Source: Cyanophora paradoxa CCMP329 (taxonomy: Eukaryota; Plantae; Glaucophyta). From it: DNA of 64,000 nucleotides. Where the stretch lies: positions 287,182 through 351,181 of the forward strand of contig QPMI01000106.1 of assembly GCA_004431415.1 (NCBI GenBank), read 5' to 3'. Under the pieces are notes generated by a model, which made no database searches, was not told the DNA's origin, and was given only the letters and a program-made list of their open reading frames with translations. The translations under genes and the position numbers were made by a program. Numbering within the stretch: position 1 is the first letter of the stretch; each line of letters begins with the position of its first letter. Positions 20,256 through 34,325 of this stretch are shown one piece after another.

Positions 20256-23200
20256 TCAGCGGAATTCGTTGACGGGGCTGCGGAGCAGGGCGAGCGCCGC
20301 GCGTGCCGGGGTCGCGGCCCCCCCGGCCCCCTTGGAGGGGGACGGCGCCGGGCGGCGTGCGGGCGTCGAGGCCGCCGACCCCCCGGCATTCTCGCCCTCG
20401 GGCTCCGGCGCCTTGCGCTTCCGCGCGCTCTCGCGCCCGAGCGCGGCGGCAGCCTCGGCGGCGTCCTTCGCCGCCTGCGGCGAAGCGCGATCAGGCCGGC
20501 TGAGGCGCGGCGGCCGCCCCGGGCGAGGCCCGCCGGGAAGGGGCGAAAGGACCTCGCTTCCGCCCAGCTGCTGCTGCTGCTGGATCTCCGCGCCGCTCAC
20601 CTGCGCGGCGAGCAGTCATAATCAGGCGCGTGAGACTTTCAGAAGTTGGCCGAGAAGAACACGCCTCGACGGCCGCGACGCTGCCCTGGGAAGCGTCGAG
20701 CTGCTCCTGCTCCTCCTCGTCTCCCGCCTCGTCGTCCGGCAGCGCCTCGGAGCGCTCGCTCTCCTTGCCCTTGGCGGCGAGCGCCGCGAGACGCTCCTGG
20801 CGGCGGCCGCGATTGGGCCGCCAGCGCTTAGGGACGTCCGCGAGCTCGCCGTGCTGGGGATTGAACGGGTCGGCTCCCTCCTTCTTGTCCTGCTCCGCAT
20901 CCTCGGCCGGCGGCAGACAGTGCTGGCCTGGCGTCAGCGAGAGCGAGGCCGGCGGCACTTGCCGGCAGCGCAGGCGGACCGGCGAGTGGCTCAGGATGGG
21001 TGCCGGCGGCGCCCCCTGCGCTGGCGTTAGGTGTTGGAGGGGAGGAGGAAGGCTGCGCATGCTGACCGGCGCCGAGAAGCTCAAAGAGAGGCTGCTGGGC
21101 GAGGGCTGCAGGAAAAGAGGCCGGCGTGAGCCGGGCGCCAGCCCGGAGGGGGGCGCGGGGCGGCGCACCGTCGCAGGCCCGCACTCAGGGCCGTAGCGGC
21201 CTTCGGAAGCGCCGGCGCGGGGCGGGGACCGATGCGAGAGGATCCCGGCGGGCGACGCGAGGAGAACGTCGCTGCCGGAGATGCTGGCGCTGAGCCCCGC
21301 GCACAGGAAGCCCTCGGACTTCGCGGGCGATCCGAGAATCACGCTTCCATCCATGCTGAGGCGCCCCAGGCTGCTGCTGGGCCGGGAGGAGGAAGACGCC
21401 TCCGCGCCGGGGCCGCTCAAAGACGCGGCGCCGGCCGCGCTGGCCGCGACGATGCCGTCGCGGCCGAAGTGCTGCGAGTGCACAACGGTGCTCCCGAGAC
21501 CGCCCAGACCGCCCACGACTGGAAAATCTGACGGCGACCGACGGCGTCAGCACTTGGAGGGGAGAAGGGAGGCGGCGGGCGAGGGCGTACTTGGATGCTT
21601 TGTTTCCAAGCACGGAGGGCCGCGATCACGTCCGCGCCTGACTTGCGGGCGAGGTCCGGATCCAGCTGCATGAAGTGGACGATCTGCCGCCCCACGATGA
21701 GCCCGCGGAGGGACCCAAGGGGGACAGGCGCGCGCACGTCCTGCTTGAGCGCGGTCAGCTTGTGCGTGTAACTGTCGAGGAGCTCCTTCGTGGCCGAGTG
21801 CTCCTCCTGCGCAGAAGTGCGATCAGCGCGACCGAAGTGCAGCGGGCTGGGAGGGAGACCTTCTTCCTCTCGTAGTCGGCCGCCGCGAAATCGAGAATGC
21901 CGACCGCAACCCGCCGCGCGGTCTTGCAGTCAGCGAGCATCTTCTCGAGCGCCCCCTTCTCCTCCTGCGGAGCCCCAGTGATCATGAGGCGTCGCCTCGG
22001 GAGAATCCAGGGACGGCCCGCACCGCGTGCCGGGCGCTCGCAGCCTCGAGTTCCTGCTGAAGCGTGCGCGCCTGCGCCTGCACGTCGGCCGCCAGGGTGA
22101 GCGCCGACTCCCGCTCCTGCTCCAGGGTCTGCATGGAAGACTGCAAAGACGCGCGATCAAAAGCCAGGACCCGCATCATTCGAAGTCAACGGGAACGAGT
22201 CGCGGGCCGAACCTTGCTAGCGTCCAGCTTCCGCTCGAATTCGGCGGCACGCGCCTGCGCGGGGGCGAGCTGTCAGACGCGGCAGGCGGCGAAAGCTACG
22301 GCCCGCCGCGAGTGAGAGGCAGGCGCACAGTTGCCACCTCGAGCGACCCTGCGCCAGAGCCCCGGCGGAGCGGTGAGCTAAAGAGGGGCCGCGCGAGGAG
22401 AATCCGGGCCGGGCCGCACCTGGACGTCGTCCAGCTCCGCCTGGAGCGTCGCGGCCATTACCTGCGCGAGCTGTGAGAGCGGGCGGCCCCCAACACGGGC
22501 CGGGCCCGCACCAGCTGCTCGGCGGCCGCCCGCGCGATGTCCCCATCGGCCGTGGCAAGCTTCGCGCGCAGCGCGCCGAGCTCCTGGTGCTCGCCCGCCG
22601 CCGCCGCCGCCTCGCGGGCGCGCGCCTCCGCGAGCTCCCGTTCCTTGTTTGCGGCGCTGGCCTCGGCGATGCCCTTGGCCTCCTGCCGGGCGGCGAGTTC
22701 AAGCGGGCCAAGACCCGCTCGCGGCGGGGCCTGCGGAAAAACGAAGAACCGGACCTCCATAGCGAGCAGCTTCTGCTTGAGCTCCTCGACTTCGGCCTTG
22801 AGCTTCTGCGGAGCGAAGCAAGATCAGCGGCCCTCCACGGCCAGGGCCTGCCCGGAGGTGGGAGCTGACCTCGCTCTCGAGCAGCTTCTGCAGGAGCTCC
22901 GCAGTCGTCGCCTGCGAACAGCGAGCTGTGAGCCGCGGCCGGGGAGGAGCGGCCGGCGGCGGAGGGGCACGGCCCGAAGGGCGGGCCCCGGGGGACGCAC
23001 TACGGCAGCGCCGGCGCTGGATCCCGCCGACGAAACGGAGCCCCTGGGGAGAGGGAAGGGGAGAAGGAGGGGACGGGGCGGCGGGGGAGCTCGCGGCTGC
23101 CGGCGCCGCAACGTCGATGCCGGCGGCGGGCACGGGTGGCTCGCCCAGGCCGCCGGGGGAGGCGGCGAGGCCGAGCCCGCAGCGGCAGAGACGGCCGCGG

Positions 23201-24884
23201 GCTGGGTGCTGGATGCCGCCGGCGAGGCGGTGGGGGCGACGGAGGGGCGGGGGCGGGGCGAGGGCGGGCCGGGGGCGGGGGCGGGGCGGGGGCGGGGCGG
23301 GGCGGGGGCGGGGCGGGGGCGGGCGGCGGAGGGGGCGGCGGAGGTGGCGGGGCGGGGGCGGGCCGAGGGCGCGGGCAGCGATAGGCACCAACGAGGCGGA
23401 GGCGAGGGCGCCGGATGCCGACGAGCTCGAGGCGACGGGGGCGGAGGAGAGTGCGAGGGCGCTGGATGGCGCTGCCGAGGTGGAGGCGACTGGGGCGGGG
23501 CCCTGGGGCGTTCGCGGTCGTCGGCGGCGCTGCCCGCCGGCGAGAGGGCGGGGGCGGCGCACCAGCGGAAGGGGCGCAGCACCGGAGCCGAAGGGGCCGG
23601 CGGCGCTCTCGGGACCCGTGATGAACCCCCAGGCGTCTCCGTTCACGTCGACGGCGCAGATCATGCGGCCGCTCTGCGTCGGGCGTGAGGGGCAGTCGCA
23701 GGACCGCGACACGGCCGGCGAAGCGGCTCACGGGGAGATCGACAGGCTCTTGACCGCGGCGGGGCAGCGCGCGACGTCGAAGACTTCGATTCCCCTGTAC
23801 CCGCGGCAAATGCTCTCCTCGTTCAACTCGACCAAGCGAATGCGGGTGTCGCCCGCCTCTGCGAAGAGAACGAAGCTGCCGCCCTGCCGAGCAAGCGGGA
23901 GTTGAGACGACGGCTGCGGGCTTTGTGCTCAGGGAAGGAAATACGAGGCTCACCTTCACGAGACACATCGCGCTGATGGGCGTGTTGGCCGCTGCCAAGT
24001 CCATGGTGAAGTGCTCGTCCGGCGAGTGCCAGATCACAAGCTTGAATCCCGCGGGCCCTGCCGTGGCGAAAGTAGCGACGCGGTCGTCCTGCGCGAGAAA
24101 TCAGCGCATGGCTCGCGCGCAGCGGTTGCACGAAAGAATTGAAGCTCACGACTGCCATGCAGGTGACCGTCACGCCCGCGACGGCTTCGAAGATGCATTC
24201 GAACTGGTTGTCCTCCTTGTTAACGAGCGTCACACGGCCCTCAGCTCGTAAAGGAAGCGATTAGTACTCTGGAGCAAACGATCAATGTCGGAGGCAGCGC
24301 AAAGAAGTCCACGGAAAAGGAAGCAAAAGGAGCACCAGCACAAGCTTGTCGGCCTTCCTGCATGCCTCGCGCCATTTGTTCGGGAGGCCGGCGCCCGCGC
24401 GTACGGACTCGTGGTGAACTTCGATCTTGTCGCCACTCGCCCAAGTCTTCAACGTGATGGACAGCTCGACTCCGTCGCGGGTCCAGGCTCTGATTTCATC
24501 CTTGTCGAGGACCCTGAAGGAACAGATTACGGAGAGCAAGAACCGGTACAGGTACAGCAAGCGAACCAGGAAGCTCTCGCATAGTAATCAAAAGGTTTCC
24601 CTCCAGACGGTGGTGATGCGGGAGATGCAGTCCAGTCATGAATACGCCCTTCTTGCTGATGCGAGTGGCGCAGAGTTCGCTCTCGCCGCAGACGAAGACG
24701 TAGGTGTGCCCTGTTTATCAAAGCGTCAAAGAGAGCGAAGAGCACCTCTATGCGCATTCCCGCGACGTACATTCGTGATGCCGCATCCAGTCACAACTCC
24801 AGCCAGACGAGAACGTAGTGGGCCGACATCAGCACCCCGGGGCCCGCGGATCTTCCACGGCCTGGATGTTCCAGAGTGCGACAT
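20256..24884 (-). CDS. Multi-exon WD40-like propeller + Ala/Pro linker + long coiled-coil tail B protein
   Basis: Same WD exons as 1481-2800. Tail exons include ATTAELLQKLLESE, KLKAEVEELKQKLLAME, SSMQTLEQERESALTLAADVQAQARTLQQELE, EEHSATKELLDSYTHKLTALKQD and ...SARKRKAPEPEGEN...SPVNEFR*. Several 1-nt deletions in C/G runs are absent from the duplicate copy. Confidence 0.65.
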
Positions 24885-27800
24885 GCGTCACCAACGATCT
24901 TCTTGGTGGCCGAAAAGCCTTCTAGAGTACGCCTGCTCAGCAGAACGCGTCACTGAGGCATCATTAGAAGCAGATCTAGAAGCGCTGGAAGGCACGCTTG
25001 CCGCACCGGTCGTCAGCGACCCATCAGCTGCTCTTCAGTCGTAGGCCGCGGGCGGCACGTTCGCAGTTTCCCGCCTCACCTGCAATCGGATCGAATCAGC
25101 ACCCCGACCGAGGGCACAGCGAGCAATCAAGCGAGGCAAGCAAACAGAGATCTTGAATCAAGGTGCATGTGAGCACGCACGCACGCACACGGGCGCTCGA
25201 TCCGTCGCTGGATGCGGAGGAAGCCCGCTCCGTCCGTTGACGAAGCCCAGGCGAGACCAGCGGACAGCCTGCGGGAGCAATACCATGAGAAAGCGCTTCA
25301 AAGCACACTCGTTAAGCGCCTCGTGCGTACGTTCCGCGAGTTCACGCCGAGGCGTGGGCGAACCTGGCGAAGTCGACCTGGAAAAGGAGCAGGCAGACGA
25401 CCTGAGAAAGCGGTCAGATAGCGCTCCGAATTCAAAAAGCGAGGCGAATCTTGCGAACGCACCGCTCCTTGCAGGCGCCGAACAGCGATCGGGCTTGCAG
25501 ATCGCTCTCCCAACGGCCCCCGCGCTCGCTGCGCCTCCGGGAACGTGGAGGATGCGCTCAGGCCGCTCTGCGACCTCGCTGGTCGCCTGCCCGCCCCGCC
25601 CGCTGGAAAGTCCGAGCGACCCGACTGCCGGCTTGTATACCCCAGGGGTGAAGAGGGGGGGGGGGGGGGGGGGGCCGGAGAAGCAGTGGATGCTCCAACG
25701 CGCGCGATCGACGTCGCCATCAAACTCGAGCGGATATCGATGCGCCGGACGAGCCGGGTGCGGGACGCCGGCATCGTGCGATCATCGGATTAGCGCGTCA
25801 AGCGTTGTCCGAGCTGCCGCCGCGCAGGTGCACCGCGGCCGGCGCGTTCGACGCGGCGCTTCCTCTACGCTCCGGCACAGGCGCGCTGTGCATGCCCGTC
25901 TTGTCTCCGATCAAGCTCGCCGTGCGCCCTCCTCAGCCATCAGAGCTCGCGCGTCTGCGGCTCGGGCTGCTATAGCTAGACGCGCGCCCCGTCTGCTGTC
26001 CCCCAGCCTCTGCAGCTGGCAGTGACGCCGGTGTCCCCCAGCCTCTGCAGCTGGCAGTGAATTCGGGGCGCCTGGCTGAATTCAACCTTTCGTCGACCTG
26101 CGCGGCGAGCGGCGCGCCGGCGGACGCCGCGGCGGTCCAAGCGGCCCGCGCATGCGCAGCGGCCCGCACTCCACGCCCCGCGCCGTCCCTGCGCCTCATG
26201 CGGACCCCGCGCAGCTTGGCCCCACCGTCGGTCAGACCCGCCGTCCTCGCAACCCTCTCCGATCGGCGCTCCTGCCGTCTCTCCGTGCGGCCCGTCCCCC
26301 GCCCGACGCGCTCTCGCGCCCCGACGCGCGGCGGCCCCGCAGACGATGAGCAGGGCCCGCGCTGCCGGCGCCCCGCCGGCACCGTCAAGGGGGCGCCGTC
26401 AAGACGCCTCCGCCCGCCCCGGCGCCCCAGGTGCCCGCGAGGCCGCCCCGCCCCGCCTTCGCCCCTGCTCCGACGGCGCCGTACCCCCCGGCCGTCCCCT
26501 CGTTGTGTCCGAGCCGCGGCGCGTGGGGTACGGCTTCAGGCTCGACCAGCTCTTCTACGCCCGGCCCCCTGCATGGACCCGGACTCGCAGGCCCGCCCGC
26601 CCCGCTCCGCCCGCCCCCTTACCTCTGACCCTGGGCCCGCCGACTCTGACCCTGGGCCGGCCCACACAGGCGGCGGAGAAGATCAAGGCGGTGCAGACGA
26701 AGGCGATCTGGGCGGGAACGGGAACCTCCATCACGAGCTACCTCGGCCCCACGCGCATCGCCGTGTTCGGGATCCCCCCCCCCTTCTCCCGCCCTCCCCC
26801 TATGCTCGCCCTGTACCCCTGCGGCCCGCCCGCTCATCCGGTATCCCAGCGGCACCTGGATCAAGGACTCGCCCATGGCCCAAGGACTTCGTCCGCGCCC
26901 TGCAGGCGAGCCCACCCGGGGGGGGGGGGGGTACACGGGCCTGATCTAGGCCCGCGCAGGAGCGGTTCCACGTTCCCCTATATATCCCCCGGCTTCGTCC
27001 CTCCCCCTCCTCCCCCGGCATGTACCCCCCTCACGCCCCTCCCCCCTGAGGACGCCCTAGGCCCTAGGTCGGTTCGCCCTCGCGAACTTCCCCGACGTCA
27101 GCGCCATGGGCGGTGCGGCCGTGTACCCCCCCCCCCGCGCGGCTCGCGCACCCCGCCGAGCCAGAGTCGACGGTGCTGGCGTGCCCACGCCTGGCCCCGA
27201 TCATGGTCCGCTTGGGAACCGAGGTCCGGATCCGTCCGCCCCGCTCGAATTCTTTCCCTCCCGTACCCCCCTGACGCCCCCAGATCGACTGCTTCGTCTC
27301 GGGGACGGACGTCGAGCCGCCGGGGCGTCCGCCGCCTGCGGCGAGCGCCTGCTCCTGCTCGGAGGCTGCTCCCCGCCTTGGTACCCACCACCCCGCCCCT
27401 CCTCGTCCACCTCGCCAACCGCGGCCGCGACACGAGGAAGTGCCGTACCCCTCCCTGGTCCCCGATCCCTGTTCCCCTCCACCCCCTCCTCCTCCCGCCA
27501 GCTCACTCCGCGCTTCCCGCGGGGCCCGCTCGGGGCCGAGGGGCCGAGGATGCCGTACCCCGCCCCGCGCCTCGTGTACCCCGCCCCGCCCTTGACCATC
27601 GCCCGCAGGCTTCTTCCTCAACGGCGGGGTTCAGGCTGTGACTCCGCGTGTGCTTTACCCACGCCGAGACCGCGGTCCCTGCCACTCCCTCCTCCTCCTC
27701 CTCCCCTGATCTCTCTTCACCAACCCCCTGCCACTTTCTCCGCCCCCCTCTGGGCCGCCCGCACCTCCCCCTCCCCCGGTTCCAGTCGCTGCGCGGCGCG

Positions 27801-30310
27801 GGCCGCTGCGGGGCGGACGTACTCCCCTGCCACTCCCCCCGCCCCTGGCCCCTCTGGGCCGCCCCCCCGCCGAGGCCCGCGGCCCGCGCGCCTGTACCCT
27901 CGCGGTGCCCCACGGCCTCGCCCCGCCCGTCCCTCCCGTGCCTCCGACCGCGCCTCTGCACCCCCCGAGGCGCCCGCGGCCCGCCTGCATCCACTGTCCG
28001 CCACGCGCAACTTAGAGCGCGAGTACGGTGCGCGGAGCCGGCCGCCGCCCGCCCGCCCGCGCCCCGCCTGCGCCCTGCGGCTCTGACGCGGCGGCAGCTC
28101 CCGCGGTCCCTCCGACAGCTCAGCGCCGGCCGGACCGGCGCGCACCGCCCCTGGCCGTCGCCGGCGGCTGCTTGTGCGCCCTCGGTCGGGGCGGCCCCGG
28201 CGCTCCAGGCTCCGCATCGGCAGGCTCAGAGCCCTCGAGGGTCCGCCCGCCGCCCGTCGGCGCTCGCCCCGCGCGTCGACGTCTCCCCGAGGCCCCTCCG
28301 GCCCGCCCGCAGCGCTGGCGCTCGGCCAGTGGCGCGCCGCCCCGCCGCCCCGCCGCCCCGCCGCCCGCAGCTCCAATCCCGCCGTCCCGTCGCGTGCGGC
28401 GACCGGCGGCTCCCGCCGGCGGCCCGCCGCCCTCTTCGCGCGGGGCGGCCCCGCCGTCCGCTTCGCGCGGGGCGGCGCCTCCTCGCCGACCCGCGCCGCC
28501 TCTGCCGGCGAGCGCCCTTCTTCCCCTCTCGCGCGGCCCGCGCTGATCGGCGGCCCACTTCGGCGCATAGGCGGGCGCAGAGGGCGCGTTAGCAGGGCTA
28601 AGCGGCAAGGGTGCGGTACCCCGTCCGCGCCTCCGCTGCCGCGCCCCGCCATCGAGCATCCCCCGCAGGCTTCGTCCTCGTTCTCCAAACGGGCGGCGCG
28701 GGCCGAGGCTCGGCGGGGGTACAGCCGGCGGCAGGACGGCGTTGCGCAGAGCCGTACCCCGCCCCGTCCCCGGGCACCGGCTCGGCGGGGCGGCGTACCC
28801 TTCCCGCGTCTGCGCCCCCGCCTGCCCCGGCACGCGCCGCCGCCGCCCCACTTCCGCCCCACTGCCGCTCCCGCGAACGGCCGGCTGGCGGCCGGGCAGG
28901 GGCTCGCGCCCGGCGGCCTCTGCGGGTGTCGTACCCCTCCCGCGTCTCCCGGCGCCTACGCCCGACTCTCCCGCGCAGGCATCGGTCCGCCGGAGGCGCT
29001 CAAGGGCCCTCTGGGGTCCTCTGCTGCTCCCCTCGCCGAGGGCGGGCCCGGGGGCCGAGGGGGCCGAGGGTGCGGCACCCCGCCCCGCGCCTCGTTTACC
29101 CCGCCCCGCCCTTGACCATCCCCCGCAGGCCTCTTCCTCAACGGCGGGGTTCAGGCTGTGGCTCCGCGCGGAGACCGCGGCCCTGCCACTCCCCCCGCCC
29201 ACCGAGGCCCCTCGTTCCCCTCGCGGCGCCCACGGCGCCGACCTGCCCGTCCCTCCCTCCGCTCAGCGGGGCGGGCAGGCGGGGGCGGGGCTGCTGAGCG
29301 CGGCGGCGGGCGGGCGGGCGGCGGTGGCCCAGTGGCGGCGCCACCTCGCGTCCCGACTCCGACCGCGCCTCTGCACCCCCAGCCCCGCTGGCCGCCCCGA
29401 GGCGCCCGCGGCCCGCCTGCATCCACTGTCCGCCACACGCAACTCAGAGCGCAAGTACGGTGCGCGGGGCCGGCCACGGGCCTCCCGCCCGCGCCCCGAC
29501 TGCGCCCTGCGGCTCTGACGCGGCGGCAGCTCCCGCGGTCCCTCTGACAGCTCAGCGCCCGCCGGACCGGCGCGCACAGCCCCTGGCCGCCGCCGGCGGC
29601 TGCTTGTGCGGCCTCGGGCGGGCGGCCCCGGCGCTCCAGGCTCCGCATCGGCAAGCTCAGGGCGGGCCCGGGGGCAGGTAGGCGCGGCCTGCATCCGCGC
29701 TGCCCTTGAAGGTCTGCGCAGCCGCCCGCCCGTGCGATTCCCCGAGGCCCCTCCGACCCGCCCGCAGCGCTGGCGCTCGGCCAGTGGCGCTCCTCCGCCG
29801 CCGCCCCGCCGCCCCAGCCGCGCCGCGACGTCGACGTGCGGGGCGCGCGGGGCGAGCCCTCGTTCTCCAAACGGGCGGCGCGCGGCGCGGGCCGAGGCTC
29901 TGCGGGGCTGCAGCCGGCAGCAAAGCGTGACGGCAGCGGGGTACAGGCGGGGGGGGGTACGATCGCGAGGGTGCGGTACCCCACCCCGCCTCGTGTACCC
30001 CGCCCCGCCCTTGACCATGCCTCGCAGGCTACGTCCTCGTCCCTGCGCGCGGCGAGGGTACAGCCGGAATCTTGGAGGATCTCCGCAAAGGCGCTTGGGC
30101 CGCGGTCTCCGCATGGGGTACGGGACGCGCGGAGCGACATCCTGATCCTGATCCTCGGCGCATCCTGATCCTGATCCTCGGCGCGCCCCAGACCAGCGCG
30201 GAGGCCGCGGCCCAAGCGCCGCCGCGGGGGTACCGGAGCCGTCGGAAGACTCGATGGACGGCGTGCGCCCCGCCCCGCCCCGCCCCGCCCGTCCCCTCCT
30301 CCCCTCTCCG
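20890..30310. repeat. 9.42-kb tandem duplication, unit 1
   Basis: CTGCTCCGCATCCTCGG starts at both 20890 and 30311. The units differ almost only by homopolymer indels. Confidence 0.95.
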
Positions 30311-33300
30311 CTGCTCCGCATCCTCGGCCGGCGGCAGACAGTGCTGGCCTGGCGTCAGCGAGAGCGAGGCCGGCGGCACTTGCCGGCAGCGCAGGCGGAC
30401 CGGCGAGTGGCTCAGGATGGGTGCCGGCGGCGCCCCCTGCGCTGGCGTTAGGTGTTGGAGGGGAGGAGGAAGGCTGCGCATGCTGACCGGCGCCGAGAAG
30501 CTCAAAGAGAGGCTGCTGGGCGAGGGCTGCAGGAAAAGAGGCCGGCGTGAGCCGGGCGCCAGCCCGGAGGGGGGCGCGGGGCGGCGCACCGTCGCAGGCC
30601 CGCACTCAGGGCCGTAGCGGCCTTCGGAAGCGCCGGCGCGGGGCGGGGACCGATGCGAGAGGATCCCGGCGGGCGACGCGAGGAGAACGTCGCTGCCGGA
30701 GATGCTGGCGCTGAGCCCCGCGCACAGGAAGCCCTCGGACTTCGCGGGCGATCCGAGAATCACGCTTCCATCCATGCTGAGGCGCCCCAGGCTGCTGCTG
30801 GGCCGGGAGGAGGAAGACGCCTCCGCGCCGGGGCCGCTCAAAGACGCGGCGCCGGCCGCGCTGGCCGCGACGATGCCGTCGCGGCCGAAGTGCTGCGAGT
30901 GCACAACGGTGCTCCCGAGACCGCCCAGACCGCCCCACGACTGGAAAATCTGACGGCGACCGACGGCGTCAGCACTTGGAGGGGGAGAAGGGGAGGCGGC
31001 GGGCGAGGGCGTACTTGGATGCTTTGTTTCCAAGCACGGAGGGCCGCGATCACGTCCGCGCCTGACTTGCGGGCGAGGTCCGGATCCAGCTGCATGAAGT
31101 GGACGATCTGCCGCCCCACGATGAGCCCGCGGAGGGACCCAAGGGGGACAGGCGCGCGCACGTCCTGCTTGAGCGCGGTCAGCTTGTGCGTGTAACTGTC
31201 GAGGAGCTCCTTCGTGGCCGAGTGCTCCTCCTGCGCAGAAGTGCGATCAGCGCGACCGAAGTGCAGCGGGCTGGGAGGGGAGACCTTCTTCCTCTCGTAG
31301 TCGGCCGCCGCGAAATCGAGAATGCCGACCGCAACCCGCCGCGCGGTCTTGCAGTCAGCGAGCATCTTCTCGAGCGCCCCCTTCTCCTCCTGCGGAGCCC
31401 CAGTGATCATGAGGCGTCGCCTCGGGAGAATCCAGGGACGGCCCGCACCGCGTGCCGGGCGCTCGCAGCCTCGAGTTCCTGCTGAAGCGTGCGCGCCTGC
31501 GCCTGCACGTCGGCCGCCAGGGTGAGCGCCGACTCCCGCTCCTGCTCCAGGGTCTGCATGGAAGACTGCAAAGACGCGCGATCAAAAGCCAGGACCCGCA
31601 TCATTCGAAGTCAACGGGAACGAGTCGCGGGGCCGAACCTTGCTAGCGTCCAGCTTCCGCTCGAATTCGGCGGCACGCGCCTGCGCGGGGGGCGAGCTGT
31701 CAGACGCGGCAGGCGGCGAAAGCTACGGCCCGCCGCGAGTGAGAGGCAGGCGCACAGTTGCCACCTCGAGCGACCCCTGCGCCAGAGCCCCGGCGGAGCG
31801 GTGAGCTAAAGAGGGGGCCGCGCGAGGAGAATCCGGGCCGGGCCGCACCTGGACGTCGTCCAGCTCCGCCTGGAGCGTCGCGGCCATTACCTGCGCGAGC
31901 TGTGAGAGCGGGCGGCCCCCAACACGGGCCGGGCCCGCACCAGCTGCTCGGCGGCCGCCCGCGCGATGTCCCCATCGGCCGTGGCAAGCTTCGCGCGCAG
32001 CGCGCCGAGCTCCTGGTGCTCGCCCGCCGCCGCCGCCGCCTCGCGGGCGCGCGCCTCCGCGAGCTCCCGTTCCTTGTTTGCGGCGCTGGCCTCGGCGATG
32101 CCCTTGGCCTCCTGCCGGGCGGCGAGTTCAAGCGGCCAAGACCCGCTCGCGGCGGGGCCTGCGGAAAAACGAAGAACCGGACCTCCATAGCGAGCAGCTT
32201 CTGCTTGAGCTCCTCGACTTCGGCCTTGAGCTTCTGCGGAGCGAAGCAAGATCAGCGGCCCTCCACGGCCAGGGCCTGCCCGGAGGTGGGAGCTGACCTC
32301 GCTCTCGAGCAGCTTCTGCAGGAGCTCCGCAGTCGTCGCCTGCGAACAGCGAGCTGTGAGCCGCGGCCGGGGAGGAGCGGCCGGCGGCGGAGGGGCACGG
32401 CCCGAAGGGCGGGCCCCGGGGGACGCACTACGGCAGCGCCGGCGCTGGATCCCGCCGACGAAACGGAGCCCCCTGGGGAGAGGGAAGGGGAGAAGGAGGG
32501 GACGGGGGCGGCGGGGGAGCTCGCGGCTGCCGGCGCCGCAACGTCGATGCCGGCGGCGGGCACGGGTGGCTCGCCCAGGCCGCCGGGGGGAGGCGGCGAG
32601 GCCGAGCCCGCAGCGGCAGAGACGGCCGCGGGCTGGGTGCTGGATGCCGCCGGCGAGGCGGTGGGGGCGACGGAGGGGCGGGGGCGGGGGCGAGGGCGGG
32701 CCGGGGCGGGGGCGGGGGCGGGGGCGGGGCGGGGGCGGGGGCGGGGCGGGGGCGGGGGCGGCGGAGGGGGCGGCGGAGGTGGCGGGGGCGGGGGCGGGGC
32801 CGAGGGCGCGGGCAGCGATAGGCACCAACGAGGCGGAGGCGAGGGCGCCGGATGCCGACGAGCTCGAGGCGACGGGGGCGGAGGAGAGTGCGAGGGCGCT
32901 GGATGGCGCTGCCGAGGTGGAGGCGACTGGGGCGGGGCCCTGGGGCGTTCGCGGTCGTCGGCGGCGCTGCCCGCCGGCGAGAGGGCGGGGGCGGCGCACC
33001 AGCGGAAGGGGCGCAGCACCGGAGCCGAAGGGGCCGGCGGCGCTCTCGGGACCCGTGATGAACCCCCAGGCGTCTCCGTTCACGTCGACGGCGCAGATCA
33101 TGCGGCCGCTCTGCGTCGGGCGTGAGGGGCAGTCGCAGGACCGCGACACGGCCGGCGAAGCGGCTCACGGGGGAGATCGACAGGCTCTTGACCGCGGCGG
33201 GGCAGCGCGCGACGTCGAAGACTTCGATTCCCCTGTACCCGCGGCAAATGCTCTCCTCGTTCAACTCGACCAAGCGAATGCGGGTGTCGCCCGCCTCTGC

Positions 33301-34325
33301 GAAGAGAACGAAGCTGCCGCCCTGCCGAGCAAGCGGGAGTTGAGACGACGGCTGCGGGCTTTGTGCTCAGGGAAGGAAATACGAGGCTCACCTTCACGAG
33401 ACACATCGCGCTGATGGGCGTGTTGGCCGCTGCCAAGTCCATGGTGAAGTGCTCGTCCGGCGAGTGCCAGATCACAAGCTTGAATCCCGCGGGCCCTGCC
33501 GTGGCGAAAGTAGCGACGCGGTCGTCCTGCGCGAGAAATCAGCGCATGGCTCGCGCGCAGCGGTTGCACGAAAGAATTGAAGCTCACGACTGCCATGCAG
33601 GTGACCGTCACGCCCGCGACGGCTTCGAAGATGCATTCGAACTGGTTGTCCTCCTTGTTAACGAGCGTCACACGGCCCCTCAGCTCGTAAAGGAAGCGAT
33701 TAGTACTCTGGAGCAAACGATCAATGTCGGAGGCAGCGCAAAGAAGTCCACGGAAAAGGAAGCAAAAGGAGCACCAGCACAAGCTTGTCGGCCTTCCTGC
33801 ATGCCTCGCGCCATTTGTTCGGGAGGCCGGCGCCCGCGCGTACGGACTCGTGGTGAACTTCGATCTTGTCGCCACTCGCCCAAGTCTTCAACGTGATGGA
33901 CAGCTCGACTCCGTCGCGGGTCCAGGCTCTGATTTCATCCTTGTCGAGGACCCTGAAGGAACAGATTACGGAGAGCAAGAACCGGTACAGGTACAGCAAG
34001 CGAACCAGGAAGCTCTCGCATAGTAATCAAAAGGTTTCCCCTCCAGACGGTGGTGATGCGGGAGATGCAGTCCAGTCATGAATACGCCCTTCTTGCTGAT
34101 GCGAGTGGCGCAGAGTTCGCTCTCGCCGCAGACGAAGACGTAGGTGTGCCCCTGTTTATCAAAGCGTCAAAGAGAGCGAAGAGCACCTCTATGCGCATTC
34201 CCGCGACGTACATTCGTGATGCCGCATCCAGTCACAACTCCAGCCAGACGAGAACGTAGTGGGCCGACATCAGCACCCCGGGGCCCGCGGATCTTCCACG
34301 GCCTGGATGTTCCAGAGTGCGACAT
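30311..34325 (-). pseudogene. Duplicate WD40-coiled-coil tail B gene, 3'-truncated by the duplication junction
   Basis: ATG at 34325 and WD exons splice in frame (...HHRLEGKPFDYYARASW|VLDKDEIRAW...). The coding sequence is cut after PPAEDAEQ at 30311. Confidence 0.65.

Noticed and set aside
23600-24720. Calling the first tail-B WD40 gene a frameshifted pseudogene
   Set aside because: The frameshifts are 1-nt losses in C/G runs that are intact in the tandem duplicate, so sequencing error is more likely.
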